Assembly (NCBI GenBank): GCA_004764695.1
Contig: SMSO01000031.1
Location: 6,182,761-6,246,760 of the forward strand
DNA length: 64,000 bases
DNA from: Schizochytrium sp. TIO01
Lineage: Eukaryota; Protista; Bigyra: Labyrinthulomycetes
Reading direction: 5' to 3'
Shown here: positions 1 to 10,216 of the stretch, piece after piece
Layout of the letters: every line of letters begins with the position of its first letter
Numbering within the stretch: position 1 is the first letter of the stretch
Notes under the pieces: model-generated
Told to the model about the DNA's origin: nothing
Database searches by the model: none
What the model saw: only the letters and a program-made list of their open reading frames with translations
Made by a program: the position numbers and the translations under genes

Positions 1-2
1 AA

Positions 3-1637
3 CCGCTATTATCAAGTGATAGTACCAACATATTCAGACCAATATCTACACTTTCGTTCCGAGCGAATGCACTCTGGTCGCATAGCATTGAGGATACTTA
101 CTGGTACCATCTCACTAACTTGGGGTTGCACGTGCTCGCAACGTTTTTAGTTGGACTTGTAGTGGGTGCAGTTGTGTTTGGTCCTCATCGGCCTGTAGCT
201 GCGCTGGGATCAACGATATTGTTTGCGTTGCATCCTGTGCACGCAGAAGCAGTAGGGAATGTCTCCGGTCGCGAAGATCTACTTCTTGCTGTGTTTTACT
301 TGCTAGGGTTTCTTTGGTACGCGTCTTTTGCAAAGTCGCAGTCAACAGCAGAAAATTTTCTTGGGCACCTCGGAACTGCTGTTTTTGGATTTTTAGCAAC
401 ATTTTCTCATGAGGCAGGTGTGATGCTTGGTGTTAGCGTTTCGCTTTATGAGCTTGGAAAAGCAAATTCTTCGTCGCATCAAATTAACTTGAAAAACTTA
501 GGGGTCACTGCTGTCTGGACAGGTGTGATCGGTTACGCTCGTACCCAAGCTCTCGGCGTTCAGCTTTCCCCTGGCGTCGATCCAGTTAACAATCCAATTG
601 GTCATATTCAGTCTGACCCCATGAAATTTTTCTTGTCCACCTCGTGGCTGTATTGTCTACAAGTCCGTGAAATATTTTGGACGGACTCATATTCCCTGGA
701 TTGGTCCGGAGATAGCATCTCTGCAGTCGAAAGTCTCTCTGATTGGCGATGCAAATACATCATTTTACTCTGGAGTGGACTGGCTGCAAGTGTTATACTT
801 TCTTTGTTCAAATCATCATTTCGGGAAGCCTTTTTTATTGTCTTCGGCTCTTTGACACTCGCACCATTCTTGGTGTCTTCAAACCTTCTCTTCCCAGCAG
901 AATTTACAAAGGCAGATCATATTTTGTATTTGCCTTCGATTGGTGCTTGTATTGTGTATGGAAGCTTACTTGAGCTCTTAATGTCAAGGTGCGCAAGTAG
1001 CAAATTAAAATCAGTCCTGGTGCAGAGTCTCGCTGCTGGTATGCTTCTTCTATGGCTGAATGCTTTGTACCATCGTAGTACACTATTTTCTTCTCCTTTA
1101 CGAGTGTGGCAAACTTCCTTCACAACGAACTCGGGAAGTCATGCGGTGCGGGTAAACGCGGCGCAAGAACTTCGCCAAATCGGTGCCTTCGCAGCCGCAG
1201 AAAAGGTCTTGCGGCCCCTTGTCGGCCCGGATGCCGATACCGAAGTTCTCACGCTTTACGGTACCATCTCTGCTGATATGCATAACTGCTCTCTTGTGCA
1301 TGCATACCTTCATGATGCTGTGATGACTGCAAACGATGTTTTAGGAAAGGCGATTGAGTCAGGAAAGGATTTCAGCAAGGAGAGGCGCATCCTCAGCAAC
1401 CTCTTAACTGCACAAGGTCTATGCATGACATTGGTAGATATACCTGCGGCAGGTAAGGTACTCTATGCAGCTGCTGTAGCAGACCCAACTAATTTGTTTG
1501 CAACAGAGCAAGGAAGTAATTTGCTGCACCGTGTAAACCTGATGAAAATACAAGCAAACAAACTGCAGCAACATCAGCTCCTTCAAGCACAAGTGAAAAA
1601 TATTATGAAGAACGCAAACCGTCAGCAAGGGTTGTAA
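3..1637 (+). CDS. TMTC-like (transmembrane and TPR-containing) protein O-mannosyltransferase, 5' truncated by the window edge
   Basis: The frame of ORF 120..1637 is open back to position 3 and reads FRPISTLSFRAN...YHLTNLGLH, matching the TMTC YRPL..LSFRLN...HL.N..LH motif. Further TMTC/DUF1736 motifs: LFALHPVHAEAV...GREDLL, NNP, LDWS, LYLPSIG. Many TM segments and a helical TPR-like C-terminus. Confidence 0.85.
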   Translation, partial: PLLSSDSTNIFRPISTLSFRANALWSHSIEDTYWYHLTNLGLHVLATFLVGLVVGAVVFGPHRPVAALGSTILFALHPVHAEAVGNVSGREDLLLAVFYLLGFLWYASFAKSQSTAENFLGHLGTAVFGFLATFSHEAGVMLGVSVSLYELGKANSSSHQINLKNLGVTAVWTGVIGYARTQALGVQLSPGVDPVNNPIGHIQSDPMKFFLSTSWLYCLQVREIFWTDSYSLDWSGDSISAVESLSDWRCKYIILLWSGLAASVILSLFKSSFREAFFIVFGSLTLAPFLVSSNLLFPAEFTKADHILYLPSIGACIVYGSLLELLMSRCASSKLKSVLVQSLAAGMLLLWLNALYHRSTLFSSPLRVWQTSFTTNSGSHAVRVNAAQELRQIGAFAAAEKVLRPLVGPDADTEVLTLYGTISADMHNCSLVHAYLHDAVMTANDVLGKAIESGKDFSKERRILSNLLTAQGLCMTLVDIPAAGKVLYAAAVADPTNLFATEQGSNLLHRVNLMKIQANKLQQHQLLQAQVKNIMKNANRQQGL

Positions 1638-1944
1638 TGAGCTATACAGTGCTAGTCTCAAAGTGCAAAATATAAAGTCATCAGCAATGCAGTGCATACC
1701 AGTTCAGACCGTTGTGGAAGAGTAGAATTTGTGTTAAGAATTGGCGTATGTTTTTGATAAATATTATTTTCGCCCGTTTTGCATGATCCAATATTTAAAC
1801 TATCCATTTCTGCTTCATAATTAACTAACAAAACAGTACAAACCAAAACCTGAAATCTAAAAAACAAACAGTATAAACTTTCTTCTTTAACTGAGTTATT
1901 GGATATTGGATATGATATTTGCAAATGATGGAACCTTGAAGGGC

Positions 1945-3588
1945 TTAGAACTTTGATGTCAGAGAAACCGAAGCATGGTCGACCCATGTTGAGTGCAGCC
2001 CAAGGTTTCCAGGAATTGGGGACTTGATTTTTGCTTGAATAGCAAAGCGCTGGTGCGACACTTCACAAATCAAAAGATGAGATTCATTTGCCTCGGTATC
2101 TAGTACTTCAACAAGCACCACACCATCAAGCTCATCAATCCCTCCAGGCCGCGGCACAAAAACAGGTTCACCAGCAATTTCTCTCGCGGATACGCCTTTT
2201 AGCCGTGTTGGTGCCTGATCAGGTCTTTCAGATTGGATATGTACAATGCCGGAGCCAGGAACCAGAGGGTACTCCACCGCATAGATGTGATGATGAGGTT
2301 TCATATGAAAGAGCGGATTGATGTTTGGGAACTCCAGCTCGGTTTTCGCAAGTGAGTCCAAACGTGCAAACTCAACATTGGAGGTCTCAAGGTTTATGTA
2401 AAATCTCGCCATGAAATGTTTCTCGTCCATTTCCATTGCAGCGTTTGTAGGTTTCTGCAAAGCTTCATTCACAGAAGTGTCGATAACGATGCGACCTTGT
2501 GCATCCTCATAGCTGTTAGCGAGATGCCACGGCATGAATTTCTCAGTGGGTTGGCAAGAGAAAGTATTGACATATTCCACCTCCACTGGGTCCCTCTTGG
2601 TAATCCGATAGACCATGAACTCAAGCGGTGTCTCAACAGATTCAAATAAGCCAAAAAATCCTTGACTAAAATCCCGGCTCAGCAGCTTGCCGTACGAAAC
2701 ACGCTTAGACGACAGGAGTAGAACCACGTAATTCTCAGTTTGCGCCATGCTGTGCATGTATGCAGCACGCTCTTTATCGGGAAGTCCTTTGAACTCTCCA
2801 TACTTAAAGGAAGTAATTTGATGAGATGCGACCTGGCGATAAGGAGGTGTTGACCCATGCCAGAGCGCATAGCTAAAGGTAAATCGCGGCTTTATACCAG
2901 CCATAGCAAATTTCATGTTGAGACTTACATGAAACCCACCACACGTGGAGGGGTCAAAAAACCAGTGCGCAGCATTGGTGACTACCATTCCTTCACTTAC
3001 TGGCATTGTTTTTGTAGTACTGATTGTATCAAGTGTTTGTGGGTTAAATTCACAGACATCTCCATTACTTTCAGTGCTTGCAGCAAGGCGCAACTGCGAA
3101 GGTTCCGTGGAGTCCGAAAGAAGAAAAGTGTTGACATTGGGGTTGACTCCTGAGTAAAGCGCGTTGATGCGTTTCTGTCCGGAGGGGAGCATCTCTTTAA
3201 GCTTAGCCCAAGCAAGAGCCAGCCAACCATCATCTCTTCTGCTACTAGTTGCAGTGATGGCCCAGGTGCGGCGACCTGTTTCCATAAATTCCTTAAATTC
3301 TTTGGATCTCATGAACTTGTTGGAATAGGTCACCTCACCATCACAAATATGAAATGCAGAAAGGTGAGCCAAACCATCGAGGAACGCCTTTTCTCCGTCA
3401 TCGACAAAGGCTCCGCCGCTTTGACGGTACAATGTGCCCTTGAGCCATTCTGGAATACTGCCTTCAACCGTCATGCATGGTACGGCGGTATGCTCTGTCG
3501 TGACATCACGGAACCCAGGCTTGCGTGCATCTTCGCCAAGCACAGCGACATCATGCAGTGCGAAGGAGTTCAAGCTTTGGATACTCAT
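1945..3588 (-). CDS. Carotenoid cleavage oxygenase (RPE65/BCO/CCD family)
   Basis: VEGSIPEWLKGTLYR, LDGLAHL (FDG-like), four candidate Fe-binding His (AAHW, YMHSMAQT, PWHLANSYED, GLHSTW), EFPNINP and GEPVFVPRPG..DELDGVVL. Confidence 0.93.
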   Translation of the reverse strand: MSIQSLNSFALHDVAVLGEDARKPGFRDVTTEHTAVPCMTVEGSIPEWLKGTLYRQSGGAFVDDGEKAFLDGLAHLSAFHICDGEVTYSNKFMRSKEFKEFMETGRRTWAITATSSRRDDGWLALAWAKLKEMLPSGQKRINALYSGVNPNVNTFLLSDSTEPSQLRLAASTESNGDVCEFNPQTLDTISTTKTMPVSEGMVVTNAAHWFFDPSTCGGFHVSLNMKFAMAGIKPRFTFSYALWHGSTPPYRQVASHQITSFKYGEFKGLPDKERAAYMHSMAQTENYVVLLLSSKRVSYGKLLSRDFSQGFFGLFESVETPLEFMVYRITKRDPVEVEYVNTFSCQPTEKFMPWHLANSYEDAQGRIVIDTSVNEALQKPTNAAMEMDEKHFMARFYINLETSNVEFARLDSLAKTELEFPNINPLFHMKPHHHIYAVEYPLVPGSGIVHIQSERPDQAPTRLKGVSAREIAGEPVFVPRPGGIDELDGVVLVEVLDTEANESHLLICEVSHQRFAIQAKIKSPIPGNLGLHSTWVDHASVSLTSKF

Positions 3589-6500
3589 GATTGGTTACCT
3601 TAGGCTTTTACGTTTCGGGTTTTCACAACTCCAGACGATGCAATTGACCGCTTAACTCTTGAATCCTTGCCTCCAAGTCGTGTACCCGAGCCAAGTTTGG
3701 GCCAAACTTCAGGCCAGCTAAATCCGTGCGGAGGAGGACAGCTCCGTGTATTCTTTGTTAAGTTGGAGCTCGATGCAAGTTACGGGTTTGGAATTTTGAG
3801 CAAGCGATTCTTTGTTAACCACCTCAATATTTAGTAAACGATGCACAACGTATAGCCGCAGCCTATGAAAACTTCTGCAGTCGAATCTAGCAGTGTGTCA
3901 CAAACCCAAAGGATCTCAAACTCAAAGGTCGCAGGATTACAGGCTCCTTTTCATTCCTCGAGATCGTTCGTTTGGGTGCAGATCACTTCCAGGAGACTGA
4001 CAACTACCTAACAACTCTGTAGGTCTATGTTCACTCCAACTCCTCTTCGCTGGACGTGGTTTTTAATCCAAATAACCTAGGACAACCCAGGCTCGGCTCT
4101 TCAAGTTCCTCCCTAGCTTTCATAGACCTGCCTCAGCCAGCTTCTGGCGCCTTGGTTGTTTTGGTTTTGACCATATTCTGCACTTCTTAATCCCTGGTCT
4201 CACGCATCCCAGGTGTTTTACTCCTAGTATTTTCGCTAAGAGTACCGCTAGAAACCCAGGTCTACAACCTTCCCAACTGAACGTGCTGCGACGACTCCGC
4301 TGTCGCCTCGAGCAGCCTTCCCCCACAAGCAAGTTGCTAGCTCGAAGACATCTCTGCCATGGCGAGTCGAAGGCGTCTGCGCTGCTTTCTCTGACCTCAA
4401 CGGCTGATCTAAGCTCGTGCAGTTGGTGCATTCTGCCAAGCTGCGATATCTGCAAGCTCTCGCTCGAGGATGATTGACATGTTCATTTATCCGTCCATTC
4501 ACTCATTGATTCTTTGCCACGCAAACTTGGCCACCGGCGATGGAATAAATGCCTTGGGGTTGAGAGAACATGGCACGCTCAAGAATGAGTCATGCGTCGC
4601 AGCGACGCAGTTCAGTGGTACCAGGAGTGACCGAAGTCTGCGCAGGGAGTTGACTTGAGAGAAACAGACGCCTTAAAAGCTCAAGTATAAAGAAAAAGAA
4701 GCTCTCTTGGCAGATTTGCTGTTCTGTTTGTTAGGATGTGTACCCCACAGAAGAACTAACTCCAAGTTAAGCGGCGCTTATGCTCGAGTAGGAGCTGTAT
4801 AAAGAGCAGTAGAGGCCCGTTGACGACCATCTTGTCGCAGTTGTGGCTGAGATCTGAAATCCGAGATCTGGGATCTCACTCGAAACCTTGGAGGGTTGTT
4901 TTCTTTAAGGTTTACCGAGATGGCCGAATAATTGGTGTTAAACGGAGCTTATCTGGTCTTGGAGACGACGCGTTCATGGGCATGGCGTTCTTTAAATCTA
5001 TGTTGTGTGGCTCTCGATGATGTTTAGAATATGGAGTCACAAGAATGCCTTTGAAACTTGAATGCTTTTGAAGTGAGGATAAAACTTCGAGTTTTATGTC
5101 GCTCTGTATGCCTCTGTTGAACTTTGTACTTTCGGGGCGAGTCTGCGACTCCCCTCAGCGCAATAGGTTACGCCCTTTCCACTGTTGCAGTTGCTAACTG
5201 TTGAGATGGAGGTGGAGGTATGAGAGGTGCCGTGTATTATCAAAAGATTTTTCACCCAAACTCTTGCGATCTTGAGAACCACTATCTAGACTGAGGACTC
5301 CGGTGCTCTGTTTTGATTCCTTACTGGTCTGTTAAGTTACATTTTTTACAACGAACATGGGAGGAGAATTCTAGATTAAGTTAAACTTTAGAGCAGTTGC
5401 AAATGAACTTTATTAGGTACAGTTGAAGCAACTGCGCATTATCTTTAAGTTCTCAATTTTTCTTCTTCTTCTTCTTTCCAGATGCAGGAAGTTTTATACT
5501 CGAGTTGATTAGCTCATATCTGTTCACCAAGACCGTTCCTCAGACATGTACTTATGTCCAACAGGTAGAAATTAATCTCAAATAAACCCATGAGCAGTCT
5601 CATTACGTGGATGTGTTTGCTATAGGGATGACTTGCTGTGTTGTGAATAGAATAATGCTCATTAGCTAGATAATTAGGCGAATCAAAGAGTGAATTCTAG
5701 CCCCATAAACTCTCGCATTAGTTGAATTGAAGAATGACAAAAGTAGAGGTTAATATTTAAGCCACGCGTGTTCACTGAATTTCCATAATTCTCTTTTGAC
5801 GAGCAACATGTGCAACAAAGCTTCTGCCTTTTCTCTATTGAGAAATTAATCATCAACTAGTACCGAGGATTTTCATTCTTTTTGGAGGGAGGAGCAACCA
5901 CATGCTAAGTATATAGACTTGCGATGGCAAAATATCTCCTAGATATAATTAAATAAATATTAAGTCGCCCCTAATACAGAGAGCTACTTTACAGCAAGTA
6001 CTGCTGATGATGTCAGCAAATATCGTATCCTATGCATTTTTACCAAATAAAATTCTTATCAAGAGCTTATTGAAGCGTCTCACTTTTTAATAACCTACAA
6101 CTCATGGGATTAATGGTTCATTTTAACTATACACATATTTCTATCATCATTGCAGAGACTAGTCCTTTCGTGGATCAATCATAGCTCTAAGCCACTTCTT
6201 CGCAGCTTGTGACAACAATGATTTACTCATCACTGGCAGTTATAAAATACAAACATCGAAGGTAAGGTAACCTTTTCATTATCTCGCGCACCTTTCCCCA
6301 TTACCATTTTTTGCCCATCCTTGGCCTCTAGCTCTGAAGTAATTATGTGCATGTACCAAGCCTAGCCCCTTGATCCTGCCATTATTATGCCAATGGACCA
6401 AGACCAGCCCATACACGGTCAGTCCCATTTCGCTTTCCTCGATTTTCTGTTTAATGCCTCATGAATCACAAAGCCAAGCACTCCGACACTCGGCACACAC

Positions 6501-7238
6501 CCGCAAAGGTCACCTTCGACCCAATAATCTCGGCCAGACCCCAAACGAAGTTGCCCTCAAAGTCAGCGCCTACTCCTGCCATACATGCGATGCAAAAAAA
6601 TCAGGCATAGATCCCAACTGATCCAAAATATCCTCGAGTTTCCACATGCATCCATCGTTCTGACAGAGAGTTAAGCGGTGGTTCGCTCTGCGTGGCCTAA
6701 CGCAGTGCCAAGAAATGAGGCATTCCCGCACCTCGTAAATCAGCGCTGCCTGCCATTGTGTTAAATAAAAGAGCACAGAGACGCACAGAAGAAAAGAAAT
6801 GAAAGTGCTCTGCAGAGCGCCACGGTCGCGCGCGAGCAGTCGAGTGAGACGCCGAAAGGTTTTGGGGATCGCGGCGAGGTTGAGGAGGCAGCGTGACTCC
6901 CTTCCTGAAGGTGCTCTTCCGTCCATCCAGCCGGCTACTTGGACATCTTGCCGGCCATCCATTCGCCTTCATCCACCTAGGTTGGCTCAAAGCGTCCGCA
7001 GCGGCGCTTTGCGAGAGCACGTGATCGTCTGAAAGTCTCGCCCTCCCCAACACCCTCTCGGTTTTATCGTTCTTCTCTAAAGGCGCCACGCCAGTGCTAT
7101 CGTCGACACCTTCGAAATTGTGGTCTTTTTCGCTGTCGTCGGCATCCTGGAGATTGCCGACTCCAACCTGAGAAGCAGCTCGGATAGCTGGCACAGAAGA
7201 ACCACGTTACTAGTAGGCAGACGATACCTTGAGGAAAG

Positions 7239-9971
7239 ATGCCGCGTGGCAGAGGCCGCGGCGGCAGCTATGTCCACGACAACGGGAACGCGAGCACGGG
7301 CAATAACTTGAATAGCGACAACAAACACAAAACTGATAGCAAAAATGGGGGCCAAAACGAAGGATCGGGCTCTCGTAATTCACAGTTTTCACGATCAGAG
7401 TCAACTTCCTCAAGCTCAGGAACATTTCAGCCTCGTCGAGGTGCCACTCGAGGCGGTCGGGGTGGCAGGGGTCGTGGGCGTGGTGGAGTTCGAGGTGGCG
7501 GCGCGGCATCAGGAGCCCGTCGTCGTGGCCGTCAAAATGGAGTAGAAGGGGGTGCGGACGACTTGCAATCTGAAAGTATTGACACATCTTCAACATCGTT
7601 CTTCCCATCTGCAACATCCACAACAGACTTATCCTCCTCGTCGCAAGAAATTCAAAATTCGAGGCCACGAAACCCGGGTTCGCGACGCGGCGGGAAACGC
7701 GGCGAAAATTCGGTCAAGTCGAGGTCAGGGCCACAGCACCAGCACCATCGGCAGAACCACCAGCATCAGCAAGGATCTTATGGCTCACGACCGTGCCAAG
7801 CCGTGCGTGATATTCGCAGAGACCTCAATGCTGCTGCGAGTCGTGGCGACATTGCTGGCGCAGAACGGGAGTTTGCTGCTCTTGTAGCTGCTGGCGATAT
7901 GCCACAGACGGTAACAATGAACATCTTGATCAAGGCCTACGCTCGCGGTATGCAGCCTGAAAGAGGTCTCGCAGTGCTTGTAAACATGCTTCAGGGGTTT
8001 CCCGAGGGTTATGGAGCTGTGCCATCTGAAAGCACATTCAACACTGTCGTCGCAGGCTTCGCAGATAGTGGAGATCTGATTCGTGCGAGGCAAATTATTG
8101 ATATGCAGCTCTCATATGGATTTAGCATTCAGAACTCCTGCTGTGCGCTGCTCAGAAGCCTGCCAGTAGACCAAGTTCTTCCGTACTTGCAGCAGGGTTC
8201 TGCCAGCGGGGCTCTCCTTATCAACGAAAAGGCACTGAACATGGCTTTAGTGGCCCTGCTTGAGACACCGTGTAGGCCTGATCTTGATAATGCCATCAAT
8301 GCTGTTCTTATTGCTAAGCAGCATGGTATTTCGCTTTCCTGTAAAGGCTGCACGCTCTTTCTCACTGCATACAAACGTGCAGGAAGAGAACGCGATGGAG
8401 TCGCCTTCTTTGAGAACTACCTTCGGCAGGAAAATGCCAGCCCGGATGTCAAACTCTTTACAATGGCCCTTAGTCTAATGGTAACTCTCGATGTTCCCTT
8501 GATGAGCCGCGCAGAAAGTCTCGTCGAACAAATGGAAAAGGATTTTCGCATTGCCCCAGACGTTATGGTCTTCAATAACCTCATAAAGGGTTATGGAAAT
8601 GTGAAACCTCCGCAAGTAGATGATGCTATTAGCGCTTTCAACCGCGTTATGACGATGCCTGACCTTGAACCGACTGAGTATACTTTCTCGGCAATCGCGA
8701 ATGTACTTAGCTCTGCAGGTCGCGTGGAGGAGGCTGAGGAGCTTGTTATGGGCACTATGCTCTCTGTTGGCCTTGAACCGGCTGCTATTCATTTCAATAT
8801 TCTCATGAAGGGCTACTCTAAATGTCGCTGTCGTGTTACAACAGGATACTGCAAGTGCAAGATTTGCTCTTGCTCTGATCCAGATCGAGCCCTCGAACTT
8901 CTCGCACTCATGGAGGCACGTGGCCTACAGTGTGATGTTGTTACCTTGCAAAATATCGTTGAAGCATTTTGTTCTGCTGCACAAGTCGACAAAGCACTAT
9001 CTATTATAAAGGGTGTCATGTGTAACCCAGCCAACTCACCTTCTCTGCGTCCCACCATCAATGTCTTCAATATGCTAATGCGTGGTGTCTGTGTTAAGTA
9101 TTATGTGCCTCAGAGCGAGGGAGGTGAATCTGGCCAGAACTGCGGCGGCCGTCGCGTTAGTTTCGAAGATGTCAAGCAGAATAATGTCGATGCCGCACTT
9201 GCAGACGTAGATAGGATCCTGTTGGAAATCTCTAAGGCCAGTCTTGTACCTGATGAGGTTACTGTTAATAGTATCCTCTCAATCTATTGCGCTTTTCAGC
9301 TTATTGAAAAGGCTGAGGAGCTCGTTTCTCAGCAGCACATGCGCCCAAACATTGACAAAGCAAATCTCTTGATGTCCTACAACATTCTTTTTTATGGATA
9401 TGCCAATTTCCATATTCCCAATGCTGATGAGATGCGAAATAATCTAGCTCTGCTTGACAAGATCCGCAAACGCCTCGATGAACTTCAGGCTCTAGGAATC
9501 GCACCCGATACAATTGCGTTAAATACTCTCGTCAAACTTCTCGCAGATCGTGACATGCCACACGAGGCTGAAGCCATGATTGACGAGGTTCTTGCCCGCT
9601 GTAAAGCAGTGCATGAACAGCAGATGCATCGATTCCCAACTGCTACACCATCGTTGCCACCATCTTCATCATTATCGTCACCGTTAACATCATTATCATC
9701 ATCAGTAGCTGCAGCAGCAGCATCATCGTCAGCACCGCTAGCACCCCCAGCTTCATTAGCAGCTCCTCCTTCTGATTCTATGCTATCTTGTCAAGACGCG
9801 CATCAGTCTGCTTCATCCAATAATACAACCGCTCCAAACCGAACCACGCTCATCACTATCATTCAAGCATACTCTCGTTTAAATTTCAAAGATGATGCAC
9901 AGCGTGTTACCAAACTAGCGGAAAACACCTACAAAATTCCGCTTCCACCCAGTGCACGTTCCAATACCTAG
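7239..9971 (+). CDS. Pentatricopeptide repeat (PPR) protein with N-terminal RGG/low-complexity region
   Basis: More than 10 ~35-aa PPR motifs (e.g. VTMNILIKAYAR..QPERGL, STFNTVVAGFA, MVFNNLIKGYG, YTFSAIANVLSSAGRVEEAE, IHFNILMKGYS). N-terminus PRGRGRGG...RGGRGGRGRGRGG. Confidence 0.9.
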   Translation: MPRGRGRGGSYVHDNGNASTGNNLNSDNKHKTDSKNGGQNEGSGSRNSQFSRSESTSSSSGTFQPRRGATRGGRGGRGRGRGGVRGGGAASGARRRGRQNGVEGGADDLQSESIDTSSTSFFPSATSTTDLSSSSQEIQNSRPRNPGSRRGGKRGENSVKSRSGPQHQHHRQNHQHQQGSYGSRPCQAVRDIRRDLNAAASRGDIAGAEREFAALVAAGDMPQTVTMNILIKAYARGMQPERGLAVLVNMLQGFPEGYGAVPSESTFNTVVAGFADSGDLIRARQIIDMQLSYGFSIQNSCCALLRSLPVDQVLPYLQQGSASGALLINEKALNMALVALLETPCRPDLDNAINAVLIAKQHGISLSCKGCTLFLTAYKRAGRERDGVAFFENYLRQENASPDVKLFTMALSLMVTLDVPLMSRAESLVEQMEKDFRIAPDVMVFNNLIKGYGNVKPPQVDDAISAFNRVMTMPDLEPTEYTFSAIANVLSSAGRVEEAEELVMGTMLSVGLEPAAIHFNILMKGYSKCRCRVTTGYCKCKICSCSDPDRALELLALMEARGLQCDVVTLQNIVEAFCSAAQVDKALSIIKGVMCNPANSPSLRPTINVFNMLMRGVCVKYYVPQSEGGESGQNCGGRRVSFEDVKQNNVDAALADVDRILLEISKASLVPDEVTVNSILSIYCAFQLIEKAEELVSQQHMRPNIDKANLLMSYNILFYGYANFHIPNADEMRNNLALLDKIRKRLDELQALGIAPDTIALNTLVKLLADRDMPHEAEAMIDEVLARCKAVHEQQMHRFPTATPSLPPSSSLSSPLTSLSSSVAAAAASSSAPLAPPASLAAPPSDSMLSCQDAHQSASSNNTTAPNRTTLITIIQAYSRLNFKDDAQRVTKLAENTYKIPLPPSARSNT

Positions 9972-10216
9972 TCGGGTATTCTTCCCGGCTTTATTAAATG
10001 AATCACATTTCTCTCTTTTGTCAGTTTTGAACCATCATTTTTATTTTTTGGAGGGTAAATTATGGCATAAAATCACTCCCCCCTATTCTCTCTCTTTTCC
10101 AGGCGTCATCGTGACTATCCGCTAAGCGTCTGCAGGGGAATCCACAGACCAGTATTACCGTAGATCAAAAACAAAAGATTCACAACATTAAAAATAAAGA
10201 AACTGGCTTATAATTT

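Noticed and set aside
3600-7200. Short ORFs as possible transposon or viral remnants (similarly 13700-16100 and 43600-47600)
   Set aside because: I recognised no transposase, RT, integrase or capsid motifs and no terminal repeats; treated as intergenic or UTR.
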